Shown here: piece after piece, positions 1-10,800 of the stretch
Numbering within the stretch: position 1 is the first letter of the stretch
Layout of the letters: each line of letters opens with the position of its first letter
Assembly: GCA_015486105.1 (NCBI GenBank)
Contig: WFSI01000033.1
Location: forward strand, 1 to 51,041
From: Aquificota bacterium
GTDB taxonomy: Bacteria; Thermosulfidibacterota; Thermosulfidibacteria; Thermosulfidibacterales; B14-G1
DNA: 51,041 nucleotides
Direction: 5' to 3'
Notes under the pieces: generated by a model
Databases searched by the model: none
Seen by the model: the letters and a program-made list of their open reading frames with translations, nothing else
Told to the model about the DNA's origin: nothing
Program-made: the position numbers and the translations under genes

Positions 1-48
1 GAAAAGGGGTAACTCATAGAAATCCCCACCGTCCTTTTCCTCGGAAAC

Positions 49-960
49 TTACAGGCCTAAGACTTGTTGGATAATCCTTCCTCCTCCTTGGGCCAAAAGC
101 TCTTGGGCTAAATGGATGCCTATGGTTTTTGCCTCATGGAGTGGGCCCTTCTTTTGGCCCCTGAAGATCTCTTTTCCATTGGGGCTGGCTATGAGCCCTT
201 GAAGGGTTAGGGTGTTACCATCTGTTATTCCCAGGGCAGCCACGGGGACTTGGCAGGAGCCCCCTATGCATTTCAGAAAGGCCCTTTCGGCTCCTACCTC
301 CAAGGCTGTAGATGGATGGTGGATAGACCCTAATATCTCTTGCCAGTCTCCCTCCCGGACTTCCACGGCCAAGGCTCCCTGACCTATGGCTGGGAGGCAC
401 TCCTGAGGAGTAAGGACCCTGGAAGGCAAGGAGTTGATTCTCAATCTCTTCACCCCAGCTAAAGCCACTACAATGGCGTCCAGGGTTCCCTCTTTCAATT
501 TTCTATATCGGGTATCCAGATTTCCCCTGAGAGACTGGATCTTTAGGTCCGGCCTTCTTGCCAGAAGTTGGGCTTGCCTTCGGAGACTGGAGGTACCCAC
601 CTGGGCTTCTGAGGGGAGTTTCTCTAAGTAATCTCTCTCTTTCACCACAAGGAGATCCCAGGGCTCCTCTCTTTGAGGAATGGCCCCTATTTCCAGCCCC
701 GGTGGAAGATCGGCTGGCACGTCCTTCATAGAGTGAACGGCCATATCCACTCTTCCTTCCAAAAGGGCTTCTTCGATCTCCTTGACGAAGAGGCCCTTGC
801 CTCCAATCTTGGCAAGAGGGGAATCCAAGATTTTATCCCCTTTGGTTTTCACTACTACCAGTTCCACCCAGTGGGGAGAGATGCTCTCTATCAGATCTTT
901 GATGTGGTTTGCTTGCCATAGGGCCAGTTTACTGCCCCTGGTGCCTATCCGTATGGTCAT
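49..960 (-). CDS. hemC: porphobilinogen deaminase (hydroxymethylbilane synthase)
   Basis: ORF 49..978. It has the RIGTRGSKLALWQA N-terminal motif and a GGSCQVP cofactor-Cys region. Start placed at ATG 960 (MTIRIGTRGS), preceded by GGAGG. Overlaps the hemA 3' end. Confidence 0.93.
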   Translation of the reverse strand: MTIRIGTRGSKLALWQANHIKDLIESISPHWVELVVVKTKGDKILDSPLAKIGGKGLFVKEIEEALLEGRVDMAVHSMKDVPADLPPGLEIGAIPQREEPWDLLVVKERDYLEKLPSEAQVGTSSLRRQAQLLARRPDLKIQSLRGNLDTRYRKLKEGTLDAIVVALAGVKRLRINSLPSRVLTPQECLPAIGQGALAVEVREGDWQEILGSIHHPSTALEVGAERAFLKCIGGSCQVPVAALGITDGNTLTLQGLIASPNGKEIFRGQKKGPLHEAKTIGIHLAQELLAQGGGRIIQQVLGL

Positions 961-2218
961 CTTTTTCCTCCAAAGCAAAGAGTTCTTTCACAAGCTTGGC
1001 TACTTTTTCTCCCTCCCCCCGAGAGGCGGCCTCTTTTACATAGGACAGGGGAGTGTGAAGTATCTTTTTTACTATTGCTGTTGTAAGGGCTTCTAATGCC
1101 TTGGTCTCCTTGCCGTTCAGATGCATTCGGCTTATGGCCTTTTCTAACTCCTTCCGTCGGATCTCTTCACACCTATTCCTCAAAGAAACAATGACTGGTA
1201 CCACCTCTTGACTTTTAAGCCATTGGAGAAACCTATCTACCTCTTCAATTACTATGGCCTCGGCCTTTACGGATTCCTTTTCCCTCCGCCTTCGATTTTC
1301 TTCTACCACTTGCCCCAGATCATCTATGTCGTATAGGTACACGTTTTCCAACCTTTCCACTTCAGGGTCTACATCCCGGGGTACGGCGATATCGATGAAA
1401 AAGATGGGCCTTCTCTTTCTCTCCTTCATGGCCCTCTGGACAGCCTCTGATGTGATAAGGGTATGGGGAGCCCCTGTGGAAGTAATAACAATGTCTGCCT
1501 CTACCAGTTTTTCCTCCAGGTGCTCCATGGGCACAGCCTGGCCTTGTAGTTCCTGAGCCAGCTCCTGGGCCCTGGTTAGAGTCCTATTCACTACCGTGAG
1601 TCGAGAAACCCCTTGGTGTACCAGATGGCGGGCTGCCAGTTCTGCCATCTCCCCTGCTCCCACCAGCATAGCTTTTCTATTGGCCAAGTCCCCAAAAATC
1701 TTTTTGGACAGTTCCACGGCGGCATAGCTCACGGATACAGCGCTCTCCCCTATGGCTGTCTCTGTTCTCACCCTCTTGGAGACGGAGAGGGCTTTTTTCA
1801 TGAGCTGATTCAGTATGACCCCGGTAGCGTCACACGTGAGGGCCTCTTCGAAGGCATCTTTTACCTGGCCTACTATTTGGGGTTCTCCCAGTACCATGGA
1901 GTCTAAGCTGGAGGCTACCCTGAAGATATGTCTAACAGCCTCCTTACCTCGATAAATATAAAGGGATGGGAGAACAGCTTGGGAAGGTACACCTTTGCTT
2001 TCCTCCAAGAGGGAGAGGACGTGATCCTCTCCCTCCTCATTGGCCCATGAGTAAACCTCTACCCTATTGCAAGTTGAGAGCAATACAGCCTCTCTCACCC
2101 TTTTGTAGTCTAAAAGCTTTTCATAGAGCTTTTGGGCTTCTACCGCGCTGAAGGCCAGTTTCTCACGGAGTTCTACGGGGCTGGTGCGGTGATTGAGCCC
2201 TACTACGAGAATATCCAT
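929..2218 (-). CDS. hemA: glutamyl-tRNA reductase
   Basis: 429-aa ORF with the LSTCNRVEVY catalytic-Cys motif and the LVGAGEMAEL NADPH-binding loop. Lies directly upstream of hemC. Confidence 0.93.
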   Translation of the reverse strand: MDILVVGLNHRTSPVELREKLAFSAVEAQKLYEKLLDYKRVREAVLLSTCNRVEVYSWANEEGEDHVLSLLEESKGVPSQAVLPSLYIYRGKEAVRHIFRVASSLDSMVLGEPQIVGQVKDAFEEALTCDATGVILNQLMKKALSVSKRVRTETAIGESAVSVSYAAVELSKKIFGDLANRKAMLVGAGEMAELAARHLVHQGVSRLTVVNRTLTRAQELAQELQGQAVPMEHLEEKLVEADIVITSTGAPHTLITSEAVQRAMKERKRRPIFFIDIAVPRDVDPEVERLENVYLYDIDDLGQVVEENRRRREKESVKAEAIVIEEVDRFLQWLKSQEVVPVIVSLRNRCEEIRRKELEKAISRMHLNGKETKALEALTTAIVKKILHTPLSYVKEAASRGEGEKVAKLVKELFALEEKDDHTDRHQGQ

Positions 2219-2225
2219 GCTGTCC

Positions 2226-3047
2226 TCACATGGCAGAGTAACTGTGGAGGCCGGGAAGAAGCAAGTTAACCCCTAAGAATGTGAAGAGGACAGCTCCAAA
2301 GCCTATGACAGAAAGGATGGCTGCCCTTCTCCCCTGCCATCCAACAGTCATCCTTCCGTGGAGTATAGCGGCGTAGATGAGCCAGGTTATTAGGGACCAG
2401 GTCTCCTTGGGGTCCCAGCTCCAATAGGAACCCCAGGCATACTGGGCCCATATGGCACCGGTAATTATACCCAGGGTGAGAAAGGGAAATCCTAAGGTGA
2501 GGAGCCTGTAATTGAGATCGTCCAGTTGGCTGAGGGAAGGGAGCTTTTGGAAAAGGCCTCCCAGTTTCTTCTTTCTGATGTAGCGTTCCTGAATGAGATA
2601 CACAAAGCTCACCACAAAGGCCAGGGCAAATGCCCCCTCTCCTAAAAAGGATGTGGCAGCATGGATGTATAGCCATGTGCTTTTCAGAGCTGGAGGCAGG
2701 GGACTGATGGCTTGGGGGTTAAGGGTAGCAATCAGGACACCCAGGGAGTTCAGAGGGGCTACAAAAGAGCCCAGTATAGGAATCTTGTAACGCCACTCTA
2801 ACAGGAGATATCCCCCAGCTATCATCCAAGAGAATAGAGAGAGAGACTCGAATAGGTTGGTGGCAGGAAAGTGTTGAGCTATTAGACCCCGCACCGTCAG
2901 GGCTACGGTGTGAAGTATGAACCCGATAAAAAGCAGGATGTAGGCCTTTTGGGAAATAGCCTCCTTGGTCCGGTATAGATAGTATACATATAGAGCGGCC
3001 GAGGCCAGGTAAAAGACGGCGGCTAATCTGAAAATGATTATATCCAT
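2226..3047 (-). CDS. CcsA/ResC-family cytochrome c assembly (HemX-like) membrane protein
   Basis: 273-aa polytopic ORF with the Trp-rich motif WGSYWSWDPKETWSLITWL typical of CcsA/CcmC heme-handling proteins. It sits upstream of hemA, as hemX-like genes do. Confidence 0.8.
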   Translation of the reverse strand: MDIIIFRLAAVFYLASAALYVYYLYRTKEAISQKAYILLFIGFILHTVALTVRGLIAQHFPATNLFESLSLFSWMIAGGYLLLEWRYKIPILGSFVAPLNSLGVLIATLNPQAISPLPPALKSTWLYIHAATSFLGEGAFALAFVVSFVYLIQERYIRKKKLGGLFQKLPSLSQLDDLNYRLLTLGFPFLTLGIITGAIWAQYAWGSYWSWDPKETWSLITWLIYAAILHGRMTVGWQGRRAAILSVIGFGAVLFTFLGVNLLLPGLHSYSAM

Positions 3048-3217
3048 ATTTTTAATCTCCTGAGATCTCTTGGGAAAGGATAGCCCAGGGCCTTGTCCTT
3101 AATCAAGTTTCTTGGGCATCTCACCCTCTTTTTAGGGCCCTTCGTTGCTTTTCCTTGCCTTTTGTGATTTTTAAAGTCCGACAGCTTTCAGATGGAGGTG
3201 GATCTTTGAAGATCTGG

Positions 3218-3823
3218 ATGTGGATACAGGAGGGGGGAATTGTAATGTACCCCATTCTCTTCTCCTCTGTATTGGCTTTAGCCATCTTTCTGGAAAGGCT
3301 TTACGCCCTGAGGCGCGCCAATGTTATTCCCCAAGGTTTCGTTGCAGAGCTGGGGTTCTTTAAAGAAAGGGAGGGGGGAAGGGAAGCCCTGATTACCCTT
3401 TGTGATCGGTACGATTCAGCCCTGGCCCGGATCATCAAGGCCGGGGCGGAAAGGATAGCCTATGGGTTTTCGGAGGTGGCCCATGCCGTGGAGGGAATGG
3501 GACAGCACGAGGCAGCCCTTTTATCTACCAACCTTAGAATGATGGGAGCCATATCTAACTTGGCTCCCATGCTGGGTCTGTTGGGTACGGTTTTGGGTAT
3601 GATCCATGCCTTTTCCGTCATTGCCAGGGCAGGCACTGGCCGTCCAGAGCTCATAGCTTCGGGGATCTCTGAAGCCCTGTTAACCACAGCGGCAGGTCTC
3701 ATTGTGGCCATTCCTACCCTGGCGGGTTACCACTATCTCAGGAGCAAGATCGATCGGTATGTGGTGGAGATGGAAGATGCAGCCCTGTCCTTTCTGGAGA
3801 GACTGGTGGAACGGGAGGATTGA
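3218..3823 (+). CDS. MotA/TolQ/ExbB-family proton channel protein
   Basis: ORF 3155..3823. The family-like N-terminus is MWIQEGGIVMYPILFSSVLALAIFLERL and a conserved PMLGLLGTVLGMIHAF segment is present. Start is ambiguous: 3218, or 3245 which has a better SD (AGGAGGGG). Confidence 0.85.
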   Translation: MWIQEGGIVMYPILFSSVLALAIFLERLYALRRANVIPQGFVAELGFFKEREGGREALITLCDRYDSALARIIKAGAERIAYGFSEVAHAVEGMGQHEAALLSTNLRMMGAISNLAPMLGLLGTVLGMIHAFSVIARAGTGRPELIASGISEALLTTAAGLIVAIPTLAGYHYLRSKIDRYVVEMEDAALSFLERLVERED

Positions 3824-3826
3824 TTA

Positions 3827-4219
3827 ATGCGCTTTTTGAGGGGGCCTGAAGAGGATTTTAGCTTGGACTATACCCCCCTCATCGACGTAGTCTTTCTTCT
3901 TCTCATCTTCTTCATGGTGTCCACCCAGTTTGTCACTTTTCAAAAGCGCTTGGAAGTGGCCCTCCCCAAGGCCAAGGCTGGTAAAGTAGAGGTAAAGAAG
4001 AAAGAGGTGGTTATAGAAATGACCGCCTCTGGGGCCCTCTTCTGGAATGGGCGCCCCGTGTCCTGGAAGGGGTTGGAGGGGAGGCTTTCTCAGGAGAAAG
4101 GTAAGATAGGTTCTGTAGTTGTGAGAGCGGACCGCTCTTTGCCCTATGGGGATGTGGTCCGGGTTATGGGACTTTGCAAGGGGGCAGGCATCTCTGAGGT
4201 GGGTATAGCTGTCAGGTGA
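3827..4219 (+). CDS. ExbD/TolR-family biopolymer transport protein
   Basis: 130-aa ORF with a single TM segment (TPLIDVVFLLLIFFMV) and a periplasmic domain. It follows the exbB-like gene after 3 nt. Confidence 0.85.
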   Translation: MRFLRGPEEDFSLDYTPLIDVVFLLLIFFMVSTQFVTFQKRLEVALPKAKAGKVEVKKKEVVIEMTASGALFWNGRPVSWKGLEGRLSQEKGKIGSVVVRADRSLPYGDVVRVMGLCKGAGISEVGIAVR

Positions 4220-5097
4220 TCCCCCACGAGGTCCTCCACCATCCAGGGTATGTCCTGAATGGTTTTTACCGATAGAACCCTCTCCTTTCCCCTCCCCCAG
4301 ACCATTATGGGTACAGGGTTAGAGGTATGAGTAGTCCTCTGGGTATCTTCTACATTGCCGTGATCGCTGGCCAGGATTACAGTTTCATTCTTTAAGGGCA
4401 GATGTTCCAAAAGAGAGCAAATCATGGTGTCTAAATCCCGTATCACCTGGAGAGGGGTGCCATTTAACCTGCCGTGGCCCACCAGATCCGTCAGGAAGTA
4501 TTCATAGACGGTGAAGGTGTGTTCCTGGGTGATACGGCCAAGAATAGCTCCCGCTTCTTCAGGTGAGAGGAGGGGTAAGGATGCGCCTTTATGGGTATGG
4601 ACCAAGAGTGCGTTGGTGAAGTCGTGATAAAGGGCCTTCCCCTGGGAGAGGTCTTGGAGGGTTCTTAAAGGCACGCCTCCCGCCTGGGCATGATAGGTAG
4701 AAACCGAGGTCCTGGGTTGGTCTTTTTCGAAAAAGGCGGGTCTGAAGGCATTGGCGAAGCACATGTGGGATGTTTTCAATCCCCTTTTTCTTAGACGGCT
4801 GAAGAGGCCCTTTCTTTCTATTAGTTTCTTCAGGGTAGACCCTGGCAAGCCGCTTACATGTCTTCCCATGAGGGCAGGGGCGTTTATACCAGTAAAGAGG
4901 GCTGCTTGTCCCGTGGCACTTTGGGGTAGGCCTGGGATGCCTAACTGGGCATCGGCGGATACTCCTATTCCTTGGTAGGGTATCCCTCCAGGTAGCTGCC
5001 TTGCATCCAACCCTAATAGCTGAGTGTGACCAAAAGGAGACTTAGAGGGTAGGCCAAGGCCATCTACAAATAATAGGAGGACTCTGGGGAGTATCAC
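4144..5097 (-). CDS. alkaline-phosphatase-superfamily metalloenzyme (phosphomutase/phosphodiesterase-like)
   Basis: 317-aa ORF. It has an N-terminal metal-ligand motif (LLFVDGLG) and a distal ASDHGN motif typical of the alkaline phosphatase fold. Substrate cannot be inferred. Confidence 0.6.
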   Translation of the reverse strand: MILPRVLLLFVDGLGLPSKSPFGHTQLLGLDARQLPGGIPYQGIGVSADAQLGIPGLPQSATGQAALFTGINAPALMGRHVSGLPGSTLKKLIERKGLFSRLRKRGLKTSHMCFANAFRPAFFEKDQPRTSVSTYHAQAGGVPLRTLQDLSQGKALYHDFTNALLVHTHKGASLPLLSPEEAGAILGRITQEHTFTVYEYFLTDLVGHGRLNGTPLQVIRDLDTMICSLLEHLPLKNETVILASDHGNVEDTQRTTHTSNPVPIMVWGRGKERVLSVKTIQDIPWMVEDLVGDHLTAIPTSEMPAPLQSPITRTTSP

Positions 5098-6026
5098 AAG
5101 AGGATCTTAACGTAAGCCTTTTTTACCAAAGTGTTAAGCCAGTCTTGGTATCTCTTGGAGGCCCGTTCTTGGTATAGCTGCTTTGTTATATCCTTTTTCA
5201 CCTTATCAAAGGGGACATAGTTCTTCTCCTGCTTCTCCAGAATCTTCACAATATGCACCCCTGATTCTGTCTCTATAAGTTTCATGTCTCCTGGTTTACT
5301 CTCAGGGGAAAAGAGGAAGGCGTCTAAGGGTGCCATAAGCTCTCCCTTCCTTACCCACCCCATGTCCCCCCCTCCCTGGGCGTTAGGCCCTTGGGAATAA
5401 AGGGAGGCCATCTTCTTGAAACTCTCCCCCAATTCCAGCTTTTGGAGGATGTCCTGGGCTTTTTTCATGGCTTCCTTATCGCCCTCTCCCCTAGGAATGA
5501 AGATATCAGCCAGCCTTGCCTTGGCGGGTAAAAGATAGGTTTCGTCCTTGTGCTTTTCATAGTACTCCCGGGCATCTTCCTCGGGAACAGCTATCCTGGA
5601 CTTTACCTCCAGATTCACCACCTTAGAGATGAGGATTCTCCTTCTCACCTCCTCTCTATAAGCTTTTAAGGTGATGCCCCAGTCCTTTAGAAGTTTGTCA
5701 AAGGAGTCACTGTCAAGGTTGTTCTCCTTCATAAAGTTCTCTATGTAGTTATCTATTACATCCTCGGGGACGCTTAAACCCAGCTCCTTTGCCCTCTGAA
5801 CCTGTATGGTTTCAACCACGATATGGCGGAGGACCTCTTTCAGAGGAATATTGGGATTTCTAAGGGCTTTTCTGATGAGGATGGCCCTCTCCTGGAGTTC
5901 GGTGAGGGTGATAACCTGTTTATTTACCACTGCCACGACCTTCTCTATAATTACTGCCCCGCTCGGAGAGGGCAGGAAAGACTCCAGGATTAACAGTACA
6001 ATAGTTAGGATAACGCCCTTCTTCAT
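5094..6026 (-). CDS. SurA-like periplasmic chaperone / parvulin-type peptidyl-prolyl isomerase
   Basis: 310 aa with a signal peptide, a SurA-N-like helical region, and a parvulin core (GGGDMGWVRKGELMAPLD...GVHIVKI). Confidence 0.8.
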   Translation of the reverse strand: MKKGVILTIVLLILESFLPSPSGAVIIEKVVAVVNKQVITLTELQERAILIRKALRNPNIPLKEVLRHIVVETIQVQRAKELGLSVPEDVIDNYIENFMKENNLDSDSFDKLLKDWGITLKAYREEVRRRILISKVVNLEVKSRIAVPEEDAREYYEKHKDETYLLPAKARLADIFIPRGEGDKEAMKKAQDILQKLELGESFKKMASLYSQGPNAQGGGDMGWVRKGELMAPLDAFLFSPESKPGDMKLIETESGVHIVKILEKQEKNYVPFDKVKKDITKQLYQERASKRYQDWLNTLVKKAYVKILL

Positions 6027-6943
6027 TGTTCCTCCTCCAGCAAAGAGAGTTTGTCCTTATATATCTCAATCTCTCCCTTCTGCATAGCCAGGGTTAGCCA
6101 CTTGTCCAAGCAGCCTTCCATTTGGCTGCTTTGGAGATGCCTTTTGATCTCTTCTTTCACTTGGGAGAAGGGAAAGATCTCAGCCTTCTCTCTCTTTTCC
6201 AGTTTAAAGATGTGGTAGCCGTAAGGTGATCTAACAATAGGGCTCAACTGTCCCTTTTTAAGGGCGAAGAGGATATGAAATCCGGGAGGTTCCTCACCTT
6301 TATAGATAGGGTCCAGAAGCCCTCCCTTCTCTCCTTCGGGACCTATGGAATACTTCTTAGCCATGACTTGAAAGCGGGTCTTTCTGGACTTGAGGGCTTT
6401 CAAAACCTCTTGGGCATCCTTTTTACTTGTCACCACGATTTGTCTAGCAACCACCCTTTCGGGTATTTTGTACTTCCCTTTATGGCTTTTATAGTACCTC
6501 CGAGCCTCTCTCTCTGTGATGCTGGGAGGTGGGCAGAGTCTTTCTGTAACCTTACCCAGCAACCAGAGCCTGGCGAGCTTTTCTTCTACTTCCTCCTTTG
6601 AAGGACCGGTTTGGAGAGGGGTCTTTCCATGAATCTCCTCCGCCATGAGATCTAAAATGGAATGCGGTGGATGAAGGCCCATTTCCCGGGCCTTCTGGAG
6701 AAGAAGGTGCTCTTTTATAAGCTCTCTTAAAGCCAGTTCAGGAAGCCTCTGGTCTCCTTCCCTTTCCCCGGTGAGGTTGTCTAACCGATTCCTCAGTTCT
6801 CTCAGGGTGATGACCTCCCCATTAACCCGGGCCACCACCCGCCCTTTAGAGGTAGGGGAGTTTTTCCCGCATCCCCATGCAAGGGCTAAAAAGACCAGGA
6901 GGCTACTTAAGGGTAGAAGCTTTTTCTTTGAAAATCTGATCAA
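6023..6943 (-). CDS. parvulin-type peptidyl-prolyl isomerase lipoprotein
   Basis: 306 aa with a lipobox (LALAWGC) and a parvulin core (GGLLDPIYKGEEPPGF...SPYGYHIFKL). Confidence 0.75.
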   Translation of the reverse strand: MIRFSKKKLLPLSSLLVFLALAWGCGKNSPTSKGRVVARVNGEVITLRELRNRLDNLTGEREGDQRLPELALRELIKEHLLLQKAREMGLHPPHSILDLMAEEIHGKTPLQTGPSKEEVEEKLARLWLLGKVTERLCPPPSITEREARRYYKSHKGKYKIPERVVARQIVVTSKKDAQEVLKALKSRKTRFQVMAKKYSIGPEGEKGGLLDPIYKGEEPPGFHILFALKKGQLSPIVRSPYGYHIFKLEKREKAEIFPFSQVKEEIKRHLQSSQMEGCLDKWLTLAMQKGEIEIYKDKLSLLEEEQ

Positions 6944-7802
6944 GCCTGTCAGGGTAGGTTTCCACCTTCCATTTTTTTTCGATTTGGGCCATGAGTCTGT
7001 TGAAGGCTTCCTGCTGTTTTTCCTTGAGAAGCTGAGACTTGATTTTGGCCTTTACATCATTGAAAGACTTTTGCTCTGCCGGTTTCACCTCTTCTACCTG
7101 GATGATGTGATACCCGAAGGGGGTTTTCACTACAGGGCTGAGTTGACCAGGTTTCAGAGAGAAGGCGACATCGGAGAAGGGTTTTACCATGTCCTTTTGG
7201 GTAAAAAAACCTAATTCTCCGCCTTTTGACGCCGTGGCCTTGTCAACGGAGTACTTCTTGGCCAACTGAGCGAAGTCTGCGCCTTTTTGCAGCTCCTTCA
7301 GTATCTTTTGGGCCTGGGCTTTATCTTTTACCAGGATGTGCCTGGCCCTTATCCGTTTCTCTGTTTTGAATTCTTCTCTGTGGTTTTGGTAGTATTCCTG
7401 AACCTCTTTGTCGGTGACCCGAACGTTTTTCAATTCTCCCTTCAGATACCGATCCAGGATGAGTTCGTCCCTGAACTGGCTGATTTTCCTTTTCATTGTC
7501 TGGTCTTCCTTGATACCTTTGGCCTTGGCTGTCTTTACCAGCATGCGTTTCTTAATAATGTTGTCCAAGAATTTGACTCTTAGATCCTTGTTCTGATGGA
7601 CGGCCCATTGAAGCTGAGGGGGGAGGGTTTCCAAGGCTGCTTTGTAATCCTCCGCGGTTATCACTTCATTATCGAAGCGAGCCAGTACGGGGCTTTTTTC
7701 CTTGATACTGGTGACCTTGGCTTTTTTCGCCTCTGCCCTCAAAAGAGGGCCTGCAAGGACCAACGCTGTAAGAAGGAAGAGGGATACGATGCCTTTCTTC
7801 AT
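6903..7802 (-). CDS. parvulin-type peptidyl-prolyl isomerase (PrsA/PpiC-like)
   Basis: 299 aa with a signal peptide and a parvulin core (GGELGFFTQKDMVKPF...TPFGYHIIQV). Confidence 0.78.
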   Translation of the reverse strand: MKKGIVSLFLLTALVLAGPLLRAEAKKAKVTSIKEKSPVLARFDNEVITAEDYKAALETLPPQLQWAVHQNKDLRVKFLDNIIKKRMLVKTAKAKGIKEDQTMKRKISQFRDELILDRYLKGELKNVRVTDKEVQEYYQNHREEFKTEKRIRARHILVKDKAQAQKILKELQKGADFAQLAKKYSVDKATASKGGELGFFTQKDMVKPFSDVAFSLKPGQLSPVVKTPFGYHIIQVEEVKPAEQKSFNDVKAKIKSQLLKEKQQEAFNRLMAQIEKKWKVETYPDRLDQIFKEKASTLK

Positions 7803-10800
7803 GCTTCTGCTCCTTTCACATTTAGATTTTGTGTAAGGCTAACACTCTCATGAAGCTCCTTCAACAGCTTTTTCGTTTCTCCAACATCCTGGCTGTTGGA
7901 GGAAAGCTTTATGAGGTACTCTCCTTTGACTTTCACCTTTCCCCTTTTGATCAGGGAGGAGATTTTCTCCCATGCCAGGGCTGTGGAAGAGGAAAAGTAT
8001 AAGAAGAGGCCCTTTGGGCTCCTCACCAGCCGTTCTCCTCCCAGATCTTTTATTATGAGCCTTATGGCTGCTATGGTAAAGAGGTTTCGAGCAGGAGGGG
8101 GCAGGGGTCCGAACCGGTCTCTCACCTCTTCTTCCAGCCCCTTGAGTTTCTCCTCGTCTGGGGCCTGTGCTATCCTTTTGTAGAGGGCTATCTTGGCTCT
8201 TTCATTGCCCACGTAGGTGGAGGGGAGGAGGGCTTCTACCCCCAGTTCCAGTTGGGGCTCTATCTCCTTTCTCACTTCTTGACCCTGAAGTTCCTGGATT
8301 GTCTTTTCCAGCATCTGGCAATAGAGAGTGAATCCCACCTGGGAGGCGTGACCCCACTGCTGGGTTCCCAGGATGTTACCTGCACCTCTGATTTCCATGT
8401 CTCTCATGGCTAGTTTGAGGCCGGAACCCAACTGGGCAAACTCCCTGAGGGCTTGGAGTCTTTTTTTCCCCTCTTGGGTAAGGTGTTCCATGCCCGGGAT
8501 AAAGAAGTAAGCATATCCCATCTCCCGGCTTCTTCCCACCCTTCCCCGAAGCTGATAGAGCTGAGAGAGTCCTAGCTTGTGAGCGTCTTTCACAACAAGG
8601 GTGTTGGCCATGGGAACGTCTAAGCCCGACTCTACTATGGGAGTGGATACCAATACATTGACATCTCCCTTCATGAATCGGTGCATCACCTCCTCCAGTT
8701 CTCTCTCCTTCATCTGGCCATGGGCCATAGCTACCTTTAGGTGGGGGGTAAGCCTTATTACCAGCTCCAAAAGCTCTTCCAGACCCTCCACCCGGGGTTG
8801 GACCACAAAGACCCTACCCCTTCGTCCTTCTTCTTTTAAGAGGGCCCTTTTGATGATGCTAGGATTCCATCGGGAGATGTAAGTCTTTACGGGCCTTCTT
8901 CCATAGGGTGGGGTCTCCATAATGCTCATCCTCTTTGCTCCGGAGATGGCCAAGTGGAGGGTTCGGGGAATGGGTGTGGCCGATAGCGACAGAACATCCA
9001 CCCCCTTTTTCAGCTTTTTAAGCCGATCCTTCTGACGAACCCCAAATCGGTGTTCCTCGTCAATAATAACCAAGCCCAAGTCCCGAAAGATTACGTCAGG
9101 GGAGAAAAGGCGATGGGTTCCTATGAGGATATCTACATCCCCCTTAAACACCCGATCCAGGATCTCTTTCTGTTCTCTTGGGGTTTTGAAACGGGACAGG
9201 ACCTCTATGTTTACTGGATAATGCTTGAATCTTTCTAAAAAGGTTTCCACGTGCTGTTCAGCTAAAATAGTGGTGGGTACCAAGACTGCAACCTGTTTCC
9301 CGTCTAAGATAGCCTTGAAAGCGGCCCTCATGGCTACTTCCGTCTTTCCGTATCCCACATCGCCACAGAGGAGGCGATCCATGGGGTGGGGGGCTTCCAT
9401 GTCTTTCTTGATCTCCTGGACAGCCTTCTCTTGGTCCGGGGTCTCTTCGAATGGAAACTCCTCCTCAAACTCCCCCTGTTCCACTGTATCTGGCGAGAAG
9501 GAGTGTCCGGGGGTTATTTGCCTTTCGGCCTCTATGCGTAAGAGTTCTCGGGCATACTCTTCTATAGCCTTCTTTACCCTTTTTTTGGTCCTTTTCCAGG
9601 TGATGCCTCCCAGTTTGTCCAAGGTAGGGGGAATGGCCTGGGCCCCTCGATATTTCTGTACCATATGGAGGCGGGTAACAGGGACAAGAAGCTGATCTCC
9701 CTGGTCGTACTCTAAGACCATGAACTCCTGATTAACCCCTTTAACTTCCAGGAGACGTAGTCCCAAATACCGGCCTATGCCATGTTCTAAATGGACCACA
9801 TAGTCCTCAGGGGAGAGATCCCTTAGGGTGGTCAGGGGGTCCCCCCTTCTTTTTATGGTCCTCTTCGCCTTCTTTTTCTTTCTTCCCAAGAGTTCTTCCT
9901 GGGCTACAAAAGCAACGTTCATCTGGGGCCACAGAAATCCCTTGGTGAGGGAAGAGGGAAAGAGGTAGAGGCCTTTCCCCTGTTCTTGGAAGTGGGGAAG
10001 GGATACAGGATGAATGTCGTACTCTTTAAAGAGCCGTGCCATGCGGTCTTCCTCTCCCAAGGGATGACTCACATAGACTGCCATCCCTTGAGTCAGTTGG
10101 GACCGTATCCAGCCCATCCCTTGGAAGATCCTGGATGTGCCTTTCAGGGGGGTTAGGCCCAAGGGATAACCCTCTACTGGGAGGGTTATGCCCTCTTGGT
10201 ATAAGCTGTTGACCCACAAGGTGGGTCTTTGGGCAATGAAATCCCGGATCTCTTGGGGTGAGAGAAAGTCCCGGTCTTCCAAAAGGAGATTTTCTCTTTC
10301 CATTTCCACGTCCTCGGGTTGGATAAGGACCAGGGGTCTCTCCTTTATTAGGGTAGTGAGAGGCACCCTCTTTTCCCCCATCATTTCCCTTTGGGGAAGA
10401 ACCATGATCTTGCCCTTTTCTTTAAGTGAGGTCTGGGTCTGAGGATGAAAGGTCCTGATGGATTCTACCTCATCACCCCACAGTTCTATTCTCATAGGGA
10501 GGGGCTCATTTATGGGAAATACATCCACCACGTATCCCTTGACACTGAAGCTTCCCGGCTCCTCTACTTGGTCTACCCTTTGATATCCCAGCTTCACTAA
10601 CCCTTCTGTCAAATACCTTCTGGGAAAGATAGCTCCTTTCACCAGCACCAAGATACTTTCCACAAATGCGTCTGGATCCATTACCTTCTGGGCTAACCCT
10701 TTGAGGGTGGTAACCAGAAGGGGAGACCTTTCCAACAGGGACAAGAGGCCCTCCATCCTTTGTCCCAGGACCCAACTGGTGGGTGGGATGCCTGAGGAGG

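Noticed and set aside
2266-2676. 136-aa ORF nested in the ccsA-like gene. Other nested short ORFs include 215..400, 10026..10217, 10506..10862 and 41665..41999.
   Set aside because: These are alternative frames of well-supported genes and give low-complexity Pro/Gly/Arg-rich translations.
4144-4219. Long convergent gene-end overlaps: exbD versus the AP-fold gene (76 nt), M20 versus GNAT (26 nt), and HAD versus queD (13 nt).
   Set aside because: They are best explained as unstructured C-terminal tails arising from late stop codons in a compact genome. There is no independent evidence of function. The 81-nt case is noted under the response-regulator finding.
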